Shown piece after piece: positions 13,116 to 25,153 of a stretch of DNA of 64,000 bases. A program made the position numbers and the translations under genes. Positions within the stretch are counted from its first letter, which is position 1; every line of letters begins with the position of its first letter. The stretch lies in NCBI RefSeq assembly GCF_009914755.1, contig NC_060928.1; one strand, given 5' to 3'. Under the pieces are notes generated by a model. It saw only the letters and a program-made list of their open reading frames with translations, was not told where the DNA came from and made no database searches. This DNA is from the human T2T-CHM13v2.0 reference genome, Homo sapiens.

Positions 13116-16100
13116 GTATTTTTTTCATCCTTTTCTTCTGTGTTTGTCAAAGATACTGTCCTCAGCCCACTAATTTTACAGTCTATATTAATTGTAAAGG
13201 GCCCAGCACAGTCTCGGTAAATTATAAACTCTGAGTGTTTCCTAAATAAACTGTATTTTACACAGCCGACTCTTTACATTGAGATGTAAGTGCAGCATAA
13301 GGGAGCACTCAAGAGCAATTAAAGCCCATATTTTCAGAAAAGGGAAATGACAAACTTATTCTATAAAAATAGGCATTTGTGGGAAAAGGAAATATTAATA
13401 AATAGTAAAGAAAATGTAGCTTAGACAGAGAAGGGGCTAGGGATACGTGACAGTAGTTTAAAACAAACAGAAAAACAAGAGATCTCAGGCATCTGCAATG
13501 GCCAGATGTAAAGCAGTGATGTTAAAGAGACATCATCTACAGCCCTGTCTCCCCAAAGAGATCCTCCTGCCCATAGCCTCCTGAACTAATCTCCATGACT
13601 GCCCTCCACACCCAACATGAAAGCCTTTTCCAAAAATGTTTCTCTATATTCAGGGACCCCCAGATGTCTGCTATCTTAGACATCTTGCTTCCGCATGTCA
13701 TAACATTGCCTCCATTCAGACAAATGAGGAGCAACTTAGATCCTGCTGCTTCCCTAATGTGTCATTCTCCTTCCTAAAAGCTTGGTTTGGGTCCGTTATT
13801 CAGTAGCAGCACATGGCCATAGAATCTCTCTTCTGGTTTTGCACACTTTCTGCTATCTTTCCTCTTCCTTTGTGTTTAATCAGCCCTGTTGACAATATCC
13901 AATGTGTCTTTCTTATGTGATCTCTCTTGGAATCTCAGGATTTGAATGACTTTCATCGTAATGAAGGCTTCTGCAGAGTAATTGATTTTGACCATGAGTA
14001 CCTGTTGAAGTCACAGCAACTTCTCCTTCTAGATTATCTTACAGCAGTGGACCAGACAGCAGTGCTCAAGAGAGGCAAGTATGTCTTTAAGGAAGCTTCC
14101 TGCTTGCCGGGGAAAGCTGCAGAGTATGTGGCATTCAACTGTCATGTCTACATCCATGTTGAAAAAGTCTTTCGGCTTTAAGGATAATCAACCCGCGGTA
14201 CTCTTTCTTTAAATAAAGGTGTGTTAATGAGTCTGCATTTGGTGTTTTCAGTAACTGTAAGGTACAGGACCAAATAACAGTTGTAGTATTTTTAGCTTTA
14301 CCTTTCATGTTCAGTAGTTATTCTTGAAATAATTTGAAACAACAACTGACCCTGCAAAATTTGATTTACCCAACCATACCTGGTACCAATATGGGAACTA
14401 CAGCAAAAATTGCCACATTTGTGATGTGGCACAAGGCCATTTTTTTTCTGGAAGTCTTCATAAGAATAATAGTATTTTTTTAAGGCTACAAATATTTTCA
14501 CAAGCATGATCTCATTTTATTCTTACAATGAAGATAGTTTGGACCCCTAAGAAATGTAGGCAAGCTTAATTAACTTACATATTGCACTGCAGTCTTTGTG
14601 AACAGTCTGTTCAATGCATTATTCAGCTGTCAGTGATTTAACATAAATGAAGTTATCTTGACCCACTGTATGCAGCATATGCTTTTAGGACTCTGGAGTT
14701 GCAAACTCACTGTCCACAAAGATGCATTACAGTCATTCTGCTGGTGTTTCCCAGTCTGATTTTTTATAATCAAAGATTTTGTTTAAATAAGGCTGTCCTC
14801 TATCTCTCTCCCTGAGCAGGAGGGACCCACTTCCAGTCACCTCACTCAACCCCGTGACAAGGTTTGGCTGCTAAATAGAGACAGCCAAGTAAAACAGCTG
14901 CTGTGAGTCCTGGCCCAGGTTTGCCAGGTCTTGCTATCTTTGTGTATTTGCATATGTCATTGGGGTATCCGCCCCTTTTTCCTCGCGTGAGAAGCTTGTG
15001 TTTCTATAAGTAAATAAATAATATAACTAACCCGCCAGAAGAATAAACCACTCTGTCACAGATGGCAGAAAAAAGCTTTCCGTGTATCTCACCATTCCCT
15101 TAAGAGCATGTTTTCTTTTCTCCCTAGAAATGCTATCAAACAAAAAGTGGTTCAATACTGGCATCCTGTGGCTGGAGAGATTTATCAAATCTCTGAAAAT
15201 CTCAGCTCCTTGGATTCTGAACATTCCCTGGCTGTCAGTTCTCAGCAGCCTTTCACCATTTTCCGAGTGCTATTTGGTTACCTCTCATTTTTCATGGAAA
15301 CAACCTAGGTAAAATGCATTTTGATAGACTATCATTTTCACAGGGCTGATCTACTCATGCATTATCAGGGTAAAAATAAATGATAATATAAAGGTTTTGG
15401 AATTTTACCTAATGAAAGAACATGATATTAAATCATTGAACAAACTGCTCCAAGCAAAGGCTCTTGGTCTCTAAGTTCACATTGAGTTTCTCTCTAACAA
15501 AATGATCATAGAGTAGTTGGGAGAAGGGACAGGGCGCTGCTTCAGGATTTTGTTGTTTGTGCGTCTGTGTGTGAGTGTTTTGTTTTGGCCAAAGGCTAAG
15601 AAAATACTTCCTATTGCAGCAATAAATATTATGAATTTTCTTTATTTTACTATAAGAATGCTGCCTCAGAGAAAAATCAAACAAAATTACGGAGGACTGT
15701 TGCTTTTTGCTACTCACTTTCAAGGCAGCTATAAAGATAAAGAGTTACAATGATCGCAGTTTAAAAGCAGAATTGCCATGCTCCCTGGTAAGACTTAATG
15801 GCATTTTTGAGAACCAAATAACCATTATGGGACTACTCCATTGCTGCTAGTTTCACAAATGGCTAACACTAAATTTGGAGGCCTTGGAAATGTTCAAAAC
15901 ATCATTAGAGATAGAAAAATAGCAACAAACTTTAAAATTACATGAACACCAAAAGACATCAATGAAGGATCAAGCATGAAAACCGCTTGTTGAGATGAAC
16001 TGACAAAGAAATAATACAAAGTACACACGTGCTTGTTAGCAAGAGGAAAGAACTATTAGAGTTGGCTGACTCCAAACAGGAGGAACAAAATGCCTGCTAA

Positions 16101-16876
16101 AGTGGGATCGAACAATGGCTTTGCTCTTTCATCATGCTCCCTTTCTTCTAGTCTAACTCTAGGACCACCAGCTCTTTCTTCCTCAATTCTCTTAATTTTC
16201 TGTGCTGCTCAGGGGTTTTAACTGTCTTGTTTAGTATGGGAGACAGACAGATTTCACAGCGATGAGTGCTAATCTATCCTAAATGTTAGCAATGAATAAA
16301 GCAACCCTAATGGTAAATGGTATTTAATAAGATCCCTTTTCCCTCAGAACAGGCTCTATATTTAGTGTCTAGAACACAGAAAACTTAAAAATATTCCACA
16401 GAAAGCTAGTGTGATCTGAGAAGAAATAGAGATTAAATACTCAGTTAAGGCAATCAGTGTGCCTGTGTCAGCCATAAAGCACCTCATTTGTATAGTAACA
16501 TTTCTTTGGGGAAACAAAATCCAGATATAAATATTAGTATAAGATCTAAAGATGCAAAATTCCAATTGAATGCTAATAAAAGGTATTAATAAAACTCTGC
16601 TTTAAAGGACTGACTTCTCAATGAGTCTGCACAGCACACTAGAGATTCAATATGCATATCAAGGTTTTTGGTTGTTTGTTTTTTTAGTAACACTGGCATT
16701 ATTTATTAATAATTTAACCAGAAATCTCCCCAAACTTTTAACTGGAATTTAAAAAATTAATTATGGTAAAGTAAGTAAATTAAAACAAAGAAAAAGTATG
16801 AAAGCTATGTTCTAAACTCACCACATTCACCAGCGAGAATAGATCTGCCCTTCTGGCTATATTTGTTACCTACCTA

Positions 16877-16908
<32 letters not shown>

Positions 16909-16960
16909 TCTCTCTCTCTGTCTCTCTCTTTCCCTCTCTCTCTCTCTCTCTCCGCCCCCC
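16877..16960. repeat. (CT)n polypyrimidine microsatellite
   Basis: Directly visible. Confidence 0.93.
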
Positions 16961-16989
16961 CCACTTCCACAAGGGATCCAGTCTAGAAA

Positions 16990-17230
16990 GAGCATGAACT
17001 TAGAAGTCCAGCAGATGTGGGTTCAATTCCTAGTTCTATGGTTTAAAATACATACACTCAAAAATAAATTCTCCATTTTCCTGAGCTCTGGTGTTCTCAT
17101 CTGGACTTGGGAATAATAGCACCTCACACATCAACCTTGTTGAGGATTGCTTGAGATGATCATGTAGGGGAGAGGACTCAGGAGAGCCTCTGACAGAGAG
17201 ATATGCTTTCAACACAGGCTATTCATAAGC
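16990..17230 (+). mobile_element. MIR
   Basis: GTGGGTTCAATTCCTAGTTCT...CTGAGCTCTGGTGTTCTCATCTG...GGAATAATAGCACCTCAC...GTTGAGGATT. Confidence 0.65.
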
Positions 17231-17481
17231 ACCCTTCCTACCTAGTCATCTACTATGTTTTCTCCTCCCCCAGTTTAACTGGTCACCAAGTCTTGCTGAT
17301 TTTTCCTTTTAGTATGTTTCACTTTCTCTCAGACCCTGCTGATACTGCCTGTCTTCAGAATCCCCCTCAATTCTCATCAGGATTGCTGCAGTAACCACCA
17401 AAGTCAATATTCTGTCTTCAGCCCCAACCTATCTTAATCCATCCTCATAACCCCCAGGGTGATTCTCCTAAAATATAAAAC

Positions 17482-17631
17482 TGCCTGAGTTTGACTTTCA
17501 GCTATTCTACTTTATATCTGTATGACTTGGAACAAGTGACCTGAATTCTCTCATGCTATAATTCAAAGCCTATTAACTGGGGATAATAATTTTCCTACCT
17601 CAGTAGGATATTATATGAATTAAATAAAGTC
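17482..17631 (+). mobile_element. MIR, interrupted at its 3' part by the inverted L1
   Basis: TGTATGACTTGGAACAAGTGACCTGAATTCTCT...GGGGATAATAATTTTCCTACCTCAGTAGGATATTATATGAATTAAAT. Confidence 0.7.
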
Positions 17632-18142
17632 TTGTTCCTCTCCCTGTGTCCATGTGTCCTCATTGTTCTACTCCCACTCATGAGTGAGGACATGTGCTGT
17701 TTGCTTTTCTGTTCCTGTGTTAGTTTGCTGAGAATAATGGCTTCCAGCTTCATCTATGTCCCTGCAAAGGATATTAACTCATTCTTTTTTATGGCTGCAT
17801 AGTATTCTATCATATTTATGTGCCACATTTTCCTTATCCATTCTATCATTGATGGGCATTTGGGTTGGTTCTAAGTTTTTGCTATTGTAAATAGTGCTGC
17901 AATAAACATACGTGTGCATGTGTCTTTATAGTAGAATGATTTATAAACCTTTGGGTATATACCCAGTAATGGGATTACTGGGTCAAATGATATTTCTGGT
18001 TCTAGGTTCTTGAAGAATTGCCACACTGTTTTTCCACAATGGTTGAACTAATTTACATTCCCACCATAGCACATGTATACCTACGTAACAAACCTGCACG
18101 TTCTGCACGTTTATTCCAGAACTTAAAGTAAAATTTAAAAAA
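17632..18142 (+). mobile_element. 5'-truncated, 5'-inverted L1PA element
   Basis: 17632-18066 is antisense L1 3' region; 18061-18142 is the sense L1 3' terminus (ACATGTATACCTACGTAACAAACCTGCACGTT...A-rich tail); flanked by a TSD. Confidence 0.9.
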
Positions 18143-18683
18143 AATTAAATGAAGTCATACATGTGCACTCACATGTGGAAGCTGCTATTGTTCTCTCCAT
18201 TGTTCTTGTTATTATAATCCTTCATGAGTCACCCTTCCTTTTAAGGTAGCGTACAGTCATAATGTTTAAGGCATTTGCAGGCCACTGCCTAACTCCCCAA
18301 CAAATCTCGTGTCACTCATCAAGTTACATATTATGATATAAAATCACTAAACTGCATTCAAACTAGAAGGAAAATAATTAGGTTAGTAAAGGATTCAAAG
18401 AGAGATTAGGTCGATTAGAGAACTACTGATAAAATTTCATCTAAAACAAAGCTGTTTCTCCTAAGAAGTGATTACAGCAGCCCAAACTAATATCCAAAAG
18501 GATTCAACGGCTGTACCCTAAATGTCCTTCCTGCCAAAAAGCAGTTCCAATTAAAATGCCATAATGTTCTCAAATCAATTGTGCCACTTACATTTTTAAA
18601 TGTTAAGTATATTATGTATGCACACCTTTATGGGTTTTCTACATGGTGTTGCACAATGTCCTGAAAGTATTTAAAATTCTTAC

Positions 18684-18861
18684 CTGACATTATTCTAAAC
18701 CACCTGGGTTTCTTGTCCCATATAATAAAGAGATAATACGCAGGGACTCCAGTCAGAGTGATGACGAAGCCAATCCCTGTACTAAATGGGTCCGAATAGA
18801 GGGAAAGGGCAACCATGAAGAGGCATGTGAAGGAAAACAAAGCTGGGATGAACAGTGGCAC
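18684..18861 (-). CDS. SLC7A11: SLC7A11 exon 11 (178 nt): [59 protein letters not shown]
   Basis: Acceptor ttccAG|GTGCCA and donor ATGTCAG|GTAAGA; overlaps ORF-track entry 18628..18903. Confidence 0.97.
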
Positions 18862-20106
18862 CTGGAACACAGAACACAAAAAAGTCACTTCAAACATGTT
18901 CAAGCAACAGAAGCTGGGTTTGAGATGAGCGTGTCAGTCATGACATATACTTTAGTGATATGCTGTAGTCATGCGACCAGGTAACAGGCACCAACGTGCC
19001 TTAGTAGCAAAATCTCTTTCATGGTGCACAGATAATGTATTAAACGTACTCCCTTAAATGTAATTCAACTTAATTTAAATTGTTTTTAAATCTTTGGCTA
19101 GAACAAACTCTAAGGACAAAAATGGATACTTTATTAGAGATGTTCTGTTGGAATTATTTTACTAGTTAAATGCCATGATGATTTATGGTTTTGATTTTAA
19201 AAGACTGGCTCTTTGATAATTATGATTAGAACCCACTTTAATGTGGAGTCAAGAGCACCGGCTGCTTGTTACATGTTAAAGTCTTTCAGTGCATATTGAT
19301 TTTTCTGTTGAGATCCACAATAATAACTGACAGGAATAAAACAAGCCAACTCCTATTCAACCGCTAATAAAGATGCCACCAGCATTAGGCAATGAATATT
19401 ACTAGAAACAAATCCTGACAACATGACTGACAACCTTATCTATGCCATTTCTTAAAAACAAATAAATCGTGAGGTCAAATCAATCCATGAGTCAAGTCTG
19501 AAGAAGATGACAAGTTTTTCTCCAGTCCTCCAAAAGGGAGATGCTTACTTATGGTAAATGGGTATCAAGTGGTAAATTTGTAGATCTTCTCTTTCCCTGT
19601 ATATTTTACATTTCTATTCTTTTTGGAGTGTATAATATAGAGAAAGAGCAATGTAACAAGTCACAACATTTAAGTACTTAAAATGCCTATTTTGTAAAGG
19701 CAAATTCCTTTTTGGAATTGGCATTAACAAAGTATCTCCCTTACTCCTCCTCACCATGGCTGTCCACAACTCTAGCATAAAGACAGACAGAAGTAGCCCA
19801 TACTTTGAGTATATCAGGTCATTGAACACATTCATGAAAAATCAACATACCAAACATTCATTCATACAGTCATTTTTCAAAAATTTGACATACAAAGTTC
19901 AAGCCCATCACATAAAAAATTGGATCCACTGTTTTTTTTCCAACTTAAAATAAATCCAACAGGAAAGCACTGCCTGCAAGAGTTAAACATTTTTATTCCA
20001 CAGATGCTGCCCCCAGCCCAACCTCCCCATCAGCAAGTTATGACAAAGGGAGGACTAGGTATTAGGAGAGAGATTTATGTAAACCCATCAAGATTGCTGA
20101 GGTTAC

Positions 20107-20256
20107 CTTGAAAGGACGATGCATATCTGGGCATTTGTATCGAAGATAAATCAGCCCAGCAACTGCCAGCCCAATAAAAAGCCACCTGGCAAAACTGAGG
20201 AAATTCAAAAGACTGTCGAGGTCTCCAGAGAAGAGCATTATCATTGTCAAAGGGTG
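20107..20256 (-). CDS. SLC7A11: SLC7A11 exon 10 (150 nt): [50 protein letters not shown]
   Basis: Acceptor ctcAG|CACCCT and donor TTCAAG|GTAACC; overlaps ORF-track entry 20062..20250. Confidence 0.97.
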
Positions 20257-21762
20257 CTGAGGGGGGAAAGGGAAGCAAGCTTGGTGAATTCAGTGAAAAC
20301 ACAGATGATTAACAACAAAAACCTCACTATGCATTACGACCTTTTTCAAATAATTATTTATACCGATAAATTATCATCATAGTTAAAACTTGGATTTGAC
20401 TAATCTCTTTTCTATATTCTGTTGTCATAATCCATTTACACACCAGTAACAGTATGAGAGTGATATGGCCATTATACTTTATTCAAGTGGAATTCTATAT
20501 GAATGTTGTGTTGTGTTTTTAGTTCCTTTTGCATTTGAGAGAAGATAGTATGTCTTCAAAGAGTAAAAGAAAGGTTACTCAATGACTCAAAATTGAAAGA
20601 CTCAAAGATTGAGATGATTAGTAAATAACCGATAATGAACAGTAAAAGAGGCCCAATTGGAAGATTTACAGAAAGCTCTGCAAATGCTCTCCGGTGAGCT
20701 CTTGGCTATCCACACCCAGGAAACACAGACACTCATAGGTGATTCTGTTGGCTCTTGATTGCAAAACATTGACCTTTTTTCCTCCACATTTACTCTCCTG
20801 GTGTGCTTGCCGTGTGTGACCCTCAAGACCACGGAGAAGAATGAAGCGCAGAGATCAGCTTAGCAAGTCTCTGCAGCTGCACATGCCAAGGACAGCATGA
20901 CTGATAGCAGAGGCTTAAAATGAAAGCCCTCTTCACGGAATAATACATTCTGTTCCCACAAGTGACGTTAACATCCAGATTCTGCACAGAGAGTACACAT
21001 ACTTTAAAAAGAAATTTCAAGGAAACGTTCTGAAACAAATTAAATGCATGAAAAAAAAATGTTCAGTGCATTCTGTGGTGCTCCTGACAACAGACTCCAG
21101 TTGAGAGAAATGTTACAAAATCATCAGTAAAAATGAATATAACATTGCCAATGGGTATTTGAGGACTTTTACACCTCATACAGTCTTTTGTAGCTCACAT
21201 TTCACACTTTGCTCTGCAGAAAGAATTTTACAACTCAAATTTACCTCGTGGTGCTTTTATTTTTATCCTGCAGGATAAAAGACACTTGCTCTCAAATGTC
21301 TCAAATGAATCATGGCACTGTCTAGGATTTTATCAATTGTTTCAATAATTTTGTGTGCATTTCATTATAAGGTGCCTAGATGATACATCTGGGTACTTTT
21401 TGGACTGTAGCTTTTTGCTCTACTTTCCTTAAGTCATTGGGACTTAATACTCTACATTCTTTTCTGTGAGGTGCTATGTCAATGAGAGGAGCCAAGCCAA
21501 TCATTTTCCTTAGACCTTACACATTTCTGCAAAGATGAAAGTGAGGTGATGATGATTTTTGCCCCAAAGCATCAAAAAAAATAGGCATCAGAAACATGGA
21601 GTAAAGGGAAGAGATGGAAGATATCCTGCCTCCCAAACTCCACCATGACATACATTAGCAATGAATGAGAAAGTAAAGTACTATCTAATGTCTGGTTGGA
21701 ATTCCTTTTTGCTAACCTATTATTCAAGGTTATATCTAGATATACTTGTTAATATGCATTAC

Positions 21763-21859
21763 CAAAACAATAACAGCTGGTAGAGGAGTGTGCTTGCGGA
21801 CATGAATCATGGAGAGGATTTCTGGAAGGTGACCCTCTCGAGACGCAACATAGAATAAC
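21763..21859 (-). CDS. SLC7A11: SLC7A11 exon 9 (97 nt): [32 protein letters not shown]
   Basis: Acceptor catcAG|GTTATT and donor GTTTTG|GTAATG; carries the SREGHLP motif. Confidence 0.97.
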
Positions 21860-22096
21860 CTGATGGGAGAGAAATGTGGGTGGAGTTGACTGTATGATTG
21901 ATCATTTCAAAGGGAAAATCCAAAAATCCCAGAGAAAACGTGCATCTTTTCATACCAAATGGTCAGGTATTCCTTAGGTGATTGCCTAAGTTCACTTTTC
22001 AAATAAGGTGGAGAAATATCATAGGAAATCTAAATTTGGATTTTACAAAATCTGCCAACATTATATTATTCTTTGAAGAGAAAGAATAGCAATATC

Positions 22097-22296
22097 TGAC
22101 TCAGCATAGCTCTCTCTACATATAAATAGCTGATGGGAAATCTAGTTCTAGATTCCTAGTATTATATGTGTGTTGTCAATCCAATTCAACAAACACACAC
22201 ACATGCACATCCACAGGTACACACACCTATATGTAGCATTCACATTTATCTGATTGGCTTTTAATCGTATATTAAAACAAAAAGACTATTGCATCA
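22097..22296. promoter_or_regulatory. Candidate intron-8 enhancer: ARE TGACTCAGCA (22097-22106) plus AARE/CARE ATTGCATCA (22288-22296)
   Basis: Exact consensus matches; function inferred only. Confidence 0.4.
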
Positions 22297-22667
22297 AACT
22301 AAACAAAGGAAATACTGATGGTAGGGGTGGTGATTTCTGATGTCTCTTACTTTACTTTTTTCTTGGCATCTTCAGAGAAACAGAAAATTATATCACCAGA
22401 AATAAAATGCCATTGTTAGACTGTGGAAATACTATTTTTAAAAAAGCCACATGTCCGTCTTCCAAATAAGCTATTAATAGGCAAGCAGTGCCCTCTAATG
22501 GACAGAATAAAACGTGCTGTTGATACTTGGACCAATATTTCAATCTTGCATGTCCCTTTAAAAACAACAGGTTTGGAGGCACTATTTCTTTTCTTTTTAA
22601 AGTTATCCTTATCACATCCAATCTCAAAAACAGAAATGTGTTTCTGGAAATACATGAACTCACTCAC

Positions 22668-22771
22668 CTGGAGACAGCAAACACACCACCGTTCATGGAG
22701 CCAAAGCAGGAGAGGGCAACAAAGATCGGAACTGCTAATGAGAAATTTCCCAGTAGCCGCTCAGAAAAGGT
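22668..22771 (-). CDS. SLC7A11: SLC7A11 exon 8 (104 nt): [34 protein letters not shown](R)
   Basis: Acceptor cactAG|ACCTTT and donor CTCCAG|GTGAGT; carries the VALSCFG motif. Confidence 0.97.
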
Positions 22772-23929
22772 CTAGTGAAAGAAAGAACGAAGCAAATTAA
22801 TGCCTTGCCAGAAAGTGGAATAAAATGAAACAATTTAGGCCAAACTTGCTCTATGACTTTCTATTAGCCTGGTGATACTTGTATGTTTTATAATTTCTCT
22901 CTTTGGTTAGGGTCAGACTAACTCCGTAGACAATAATCAAAAGCAAGGACCATGGCATTGCTTGTTGCAAAACTATAGTCAAAGATCTAAACAAGCACCT
23001 TCTCTCTACTTTCAAAAAGCAATGATCCATTTATCGAATCTTTATCAACTATGATGTGTATTGTCTCTGACTCTGACAAGTGATAAAAGCTCAAATCAGA
23101 AGTTCTACTGGAGATAGAAATCTTTCTGTATAATACGTTCTCTTTAGCCTGGAAAACCAAATTTTATATTGAAATACACTGAGAAGTATTACAGATATGT
23201 GTTTCATATGCCAATCCCATTCTTAGGAGGTAAATAAAATAATTGATGACTTAATAATTTATAGCATATACATGAGTAGCTCTGAAAATCTTTTTCCCAG
23301 AAAATCACACTAGCTAAATCTCTGTTTATAAAGTCCCTCCCTCCCCCTCATGTATGTGTCAATTTCTTTTGTGGTTTCCTATAAAAAGGCTAGAACACAA
23401 ATATAAGTCCGATAAGCCACAGAAACTTAAAAGATAAACACAACTTCTAAAATGTTCTTTTATGCCATGATATGTGCGATATTGCAAATTTCCATGAAGG
23501 ATGTATTTTCCAAAAAAAGAAAATGTGTTGGATTCATTAGTTGTCCTTGATGCAGCTGGTGCTATGCAATTAATGGGCCACATTATGCCCAAAGAATAAG
23601 TGCTGCCCTTTGTCTCAAAAGATGAGATGACTGACCTGACTTCAATAAGCTTTGTATATTTGATTGTCTGGTGGGACTTAGAGCAGTGGTCGAAGTCTTT
23701 TTCAATGTAGTGAACTCATACACAGGTTCAAATGAAATGAGATAATTTATTCCCTGTAGATGCTGCTGATATGAGGTAATACTAACTATTTTAAAAGGAA
23801 CTGACATCAAGTAATGGGAACTTAACTTTTCACCATTCATTGTTATGAGGTCAAGAGTGAATGGTCTCTTACTAGCTAAGTTTTATGCAAAATAAAAGTG
23901 TATCACAGAATAACAGTCTTATAACATGA

Positions 23930-24120
23930 TCTTTGGGGACAAAGATGGTCCTAGTGTCAAATAAATTTTGGAAAATGCTATAAAATTATGTGTATCCACT
24001 TCTTAGGGAGTTCAAATGCATGTTGGTATCTTTAATATTCTGAGAAGTATTATAACAACATCGGTTTAACTTTGAATAACCCAGTATTTCCTAAATTTAT
24101 TAATATCGCAGGACTAGTAT
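23930..24120. mobile_element. MER103-like hAT fossil
   Basis: GTCAAATAAATTTTGGAAAATGCT...TTCTGAGAAGT...GTTTAACTTTGAATAACCCAGTATTTCCTAAATTTATT resembles the remembered consensus. Confidence 0.55.
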
Positions 24121-24587
24121 TCAAAAGGATATACTAGGAAAACCAAATTTATATGGTCCACATCAAAATTCTTAAGTGACACTTGGGGAAAGGATTCTGA
24201 GTTCGCATATGAAAAGTTTACAAACAGGAAAGTGTACAGAATAAATTGTAATTTGCATAGAAAAAAATGCATTTATTTAGATTCAATAACTGTCCACCTA
24301 TCTTTAAAGACATGCTGGGAGAATAAGCTTTGGCAGATTTTCAAGCATGTATGTGTGAAACTGTTTTATAAGAAATTAGAAATAATGGGAAATCATATAG
24401 GAATTTAGATATATCAGTTAAATGGAATATGCTAAGGTATGCTCTAAATTTTTTAAATATTCACTATTATTCAGGTCAAGAAAAGATTACTGAATTTCAA
24501 AACACTTTCTGCTAGAGGGAACTACTATAAAATTGCATCAGCTCATTAACCTAAATTCCAATTGGCATTTTCCCAACTTGGACTTAC

Positions 24588-24711
24588 CACTGCCACTGCA
24601 TTTGAAAGCAGCAGCTCCTCAGCATTAATGGTCGTAAAGTAGGCCACATTTGTCAGCACATAGCCAATGGTGACAATGGCCATGGATATACATATTGCAA
24701 GGGGAATGGTT
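24588..24711 (-). CDS. SLC7A11: SLC7A11 exon 7 (124 nt): [41 protein letters not shown]
   Basis: Acceptor ttcAG|AACCATT and donor GCAGTG|GTAAGT. Confidence 0.97.
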
Positions 24712-24988
24712 CTGAAATGCACAAAGGAATCACTTATTCATTATCTTTTGTTAGCCATTCTCTGATACCGAAGAAAATAACAGGCTAATTCAAATGAAGA
24801 ATATAATGGTATCTACAATAATTATAGGCTCTGTTGGGTATGTATAAACATTTCATCAGGGCAAAAAACCACATATTCCTTTGTAACTTAATAAGGTCCA
24901 TGGGGGCAGATACTTCGTCTGTCTTGTCTATTGCTATACCCCAGAACATATGGATTTATGTCATTCATGTACTCCGTAAATGCTACAG

Positions 24989-25153
24989 CAGTGTTTCTCA
25001 TACTTGAGATGCATCAGAATCACCTGCAGGGCTTGTTAAAACACAGACTGCTGAGCTCCACCCCACAGTTTCCAATTCAGTAGGATCTGCATTCCTTATA
25101 TGTTCCTAGGTGATTCTGAGGCTGCTGATCAGGCCACACTTTGAGAACCACTG
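24989..25153 (-). mobile_element. MER5A
   Basis: TIRs CAGTGTTTCTCA ... TGAGAACCACTG; internal GCATCAGAATCACCTGCAGGGCTTGTTAAAACACAGA. Confidence 0.85.

Noticed and set aside
13927-14181. 84-aa plus-strand ORF with a faint resemblance (GFCRVIDFDHE) to DSCC1
   Set aside because: Non-ATG start; similarity limited to a few residues and does not extend; no processed-pseudogene hallmarks
18628-18683. Read-through of exon 11 into intron 11 (…[20 protein letters not shown])
   Set aside because: The donor CAG|GTAAGA is strong, a short open extension is expected by chance, and no convincing nearby poly(A) site was found
22423-22800. 125-aa plus-strand ORF antisense to exon 8 (similarly 20119..20382 opposite exon 10)
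   Set aside because: Non-ATG or shadow ORFs opposite coding exons, with no recognisable homology
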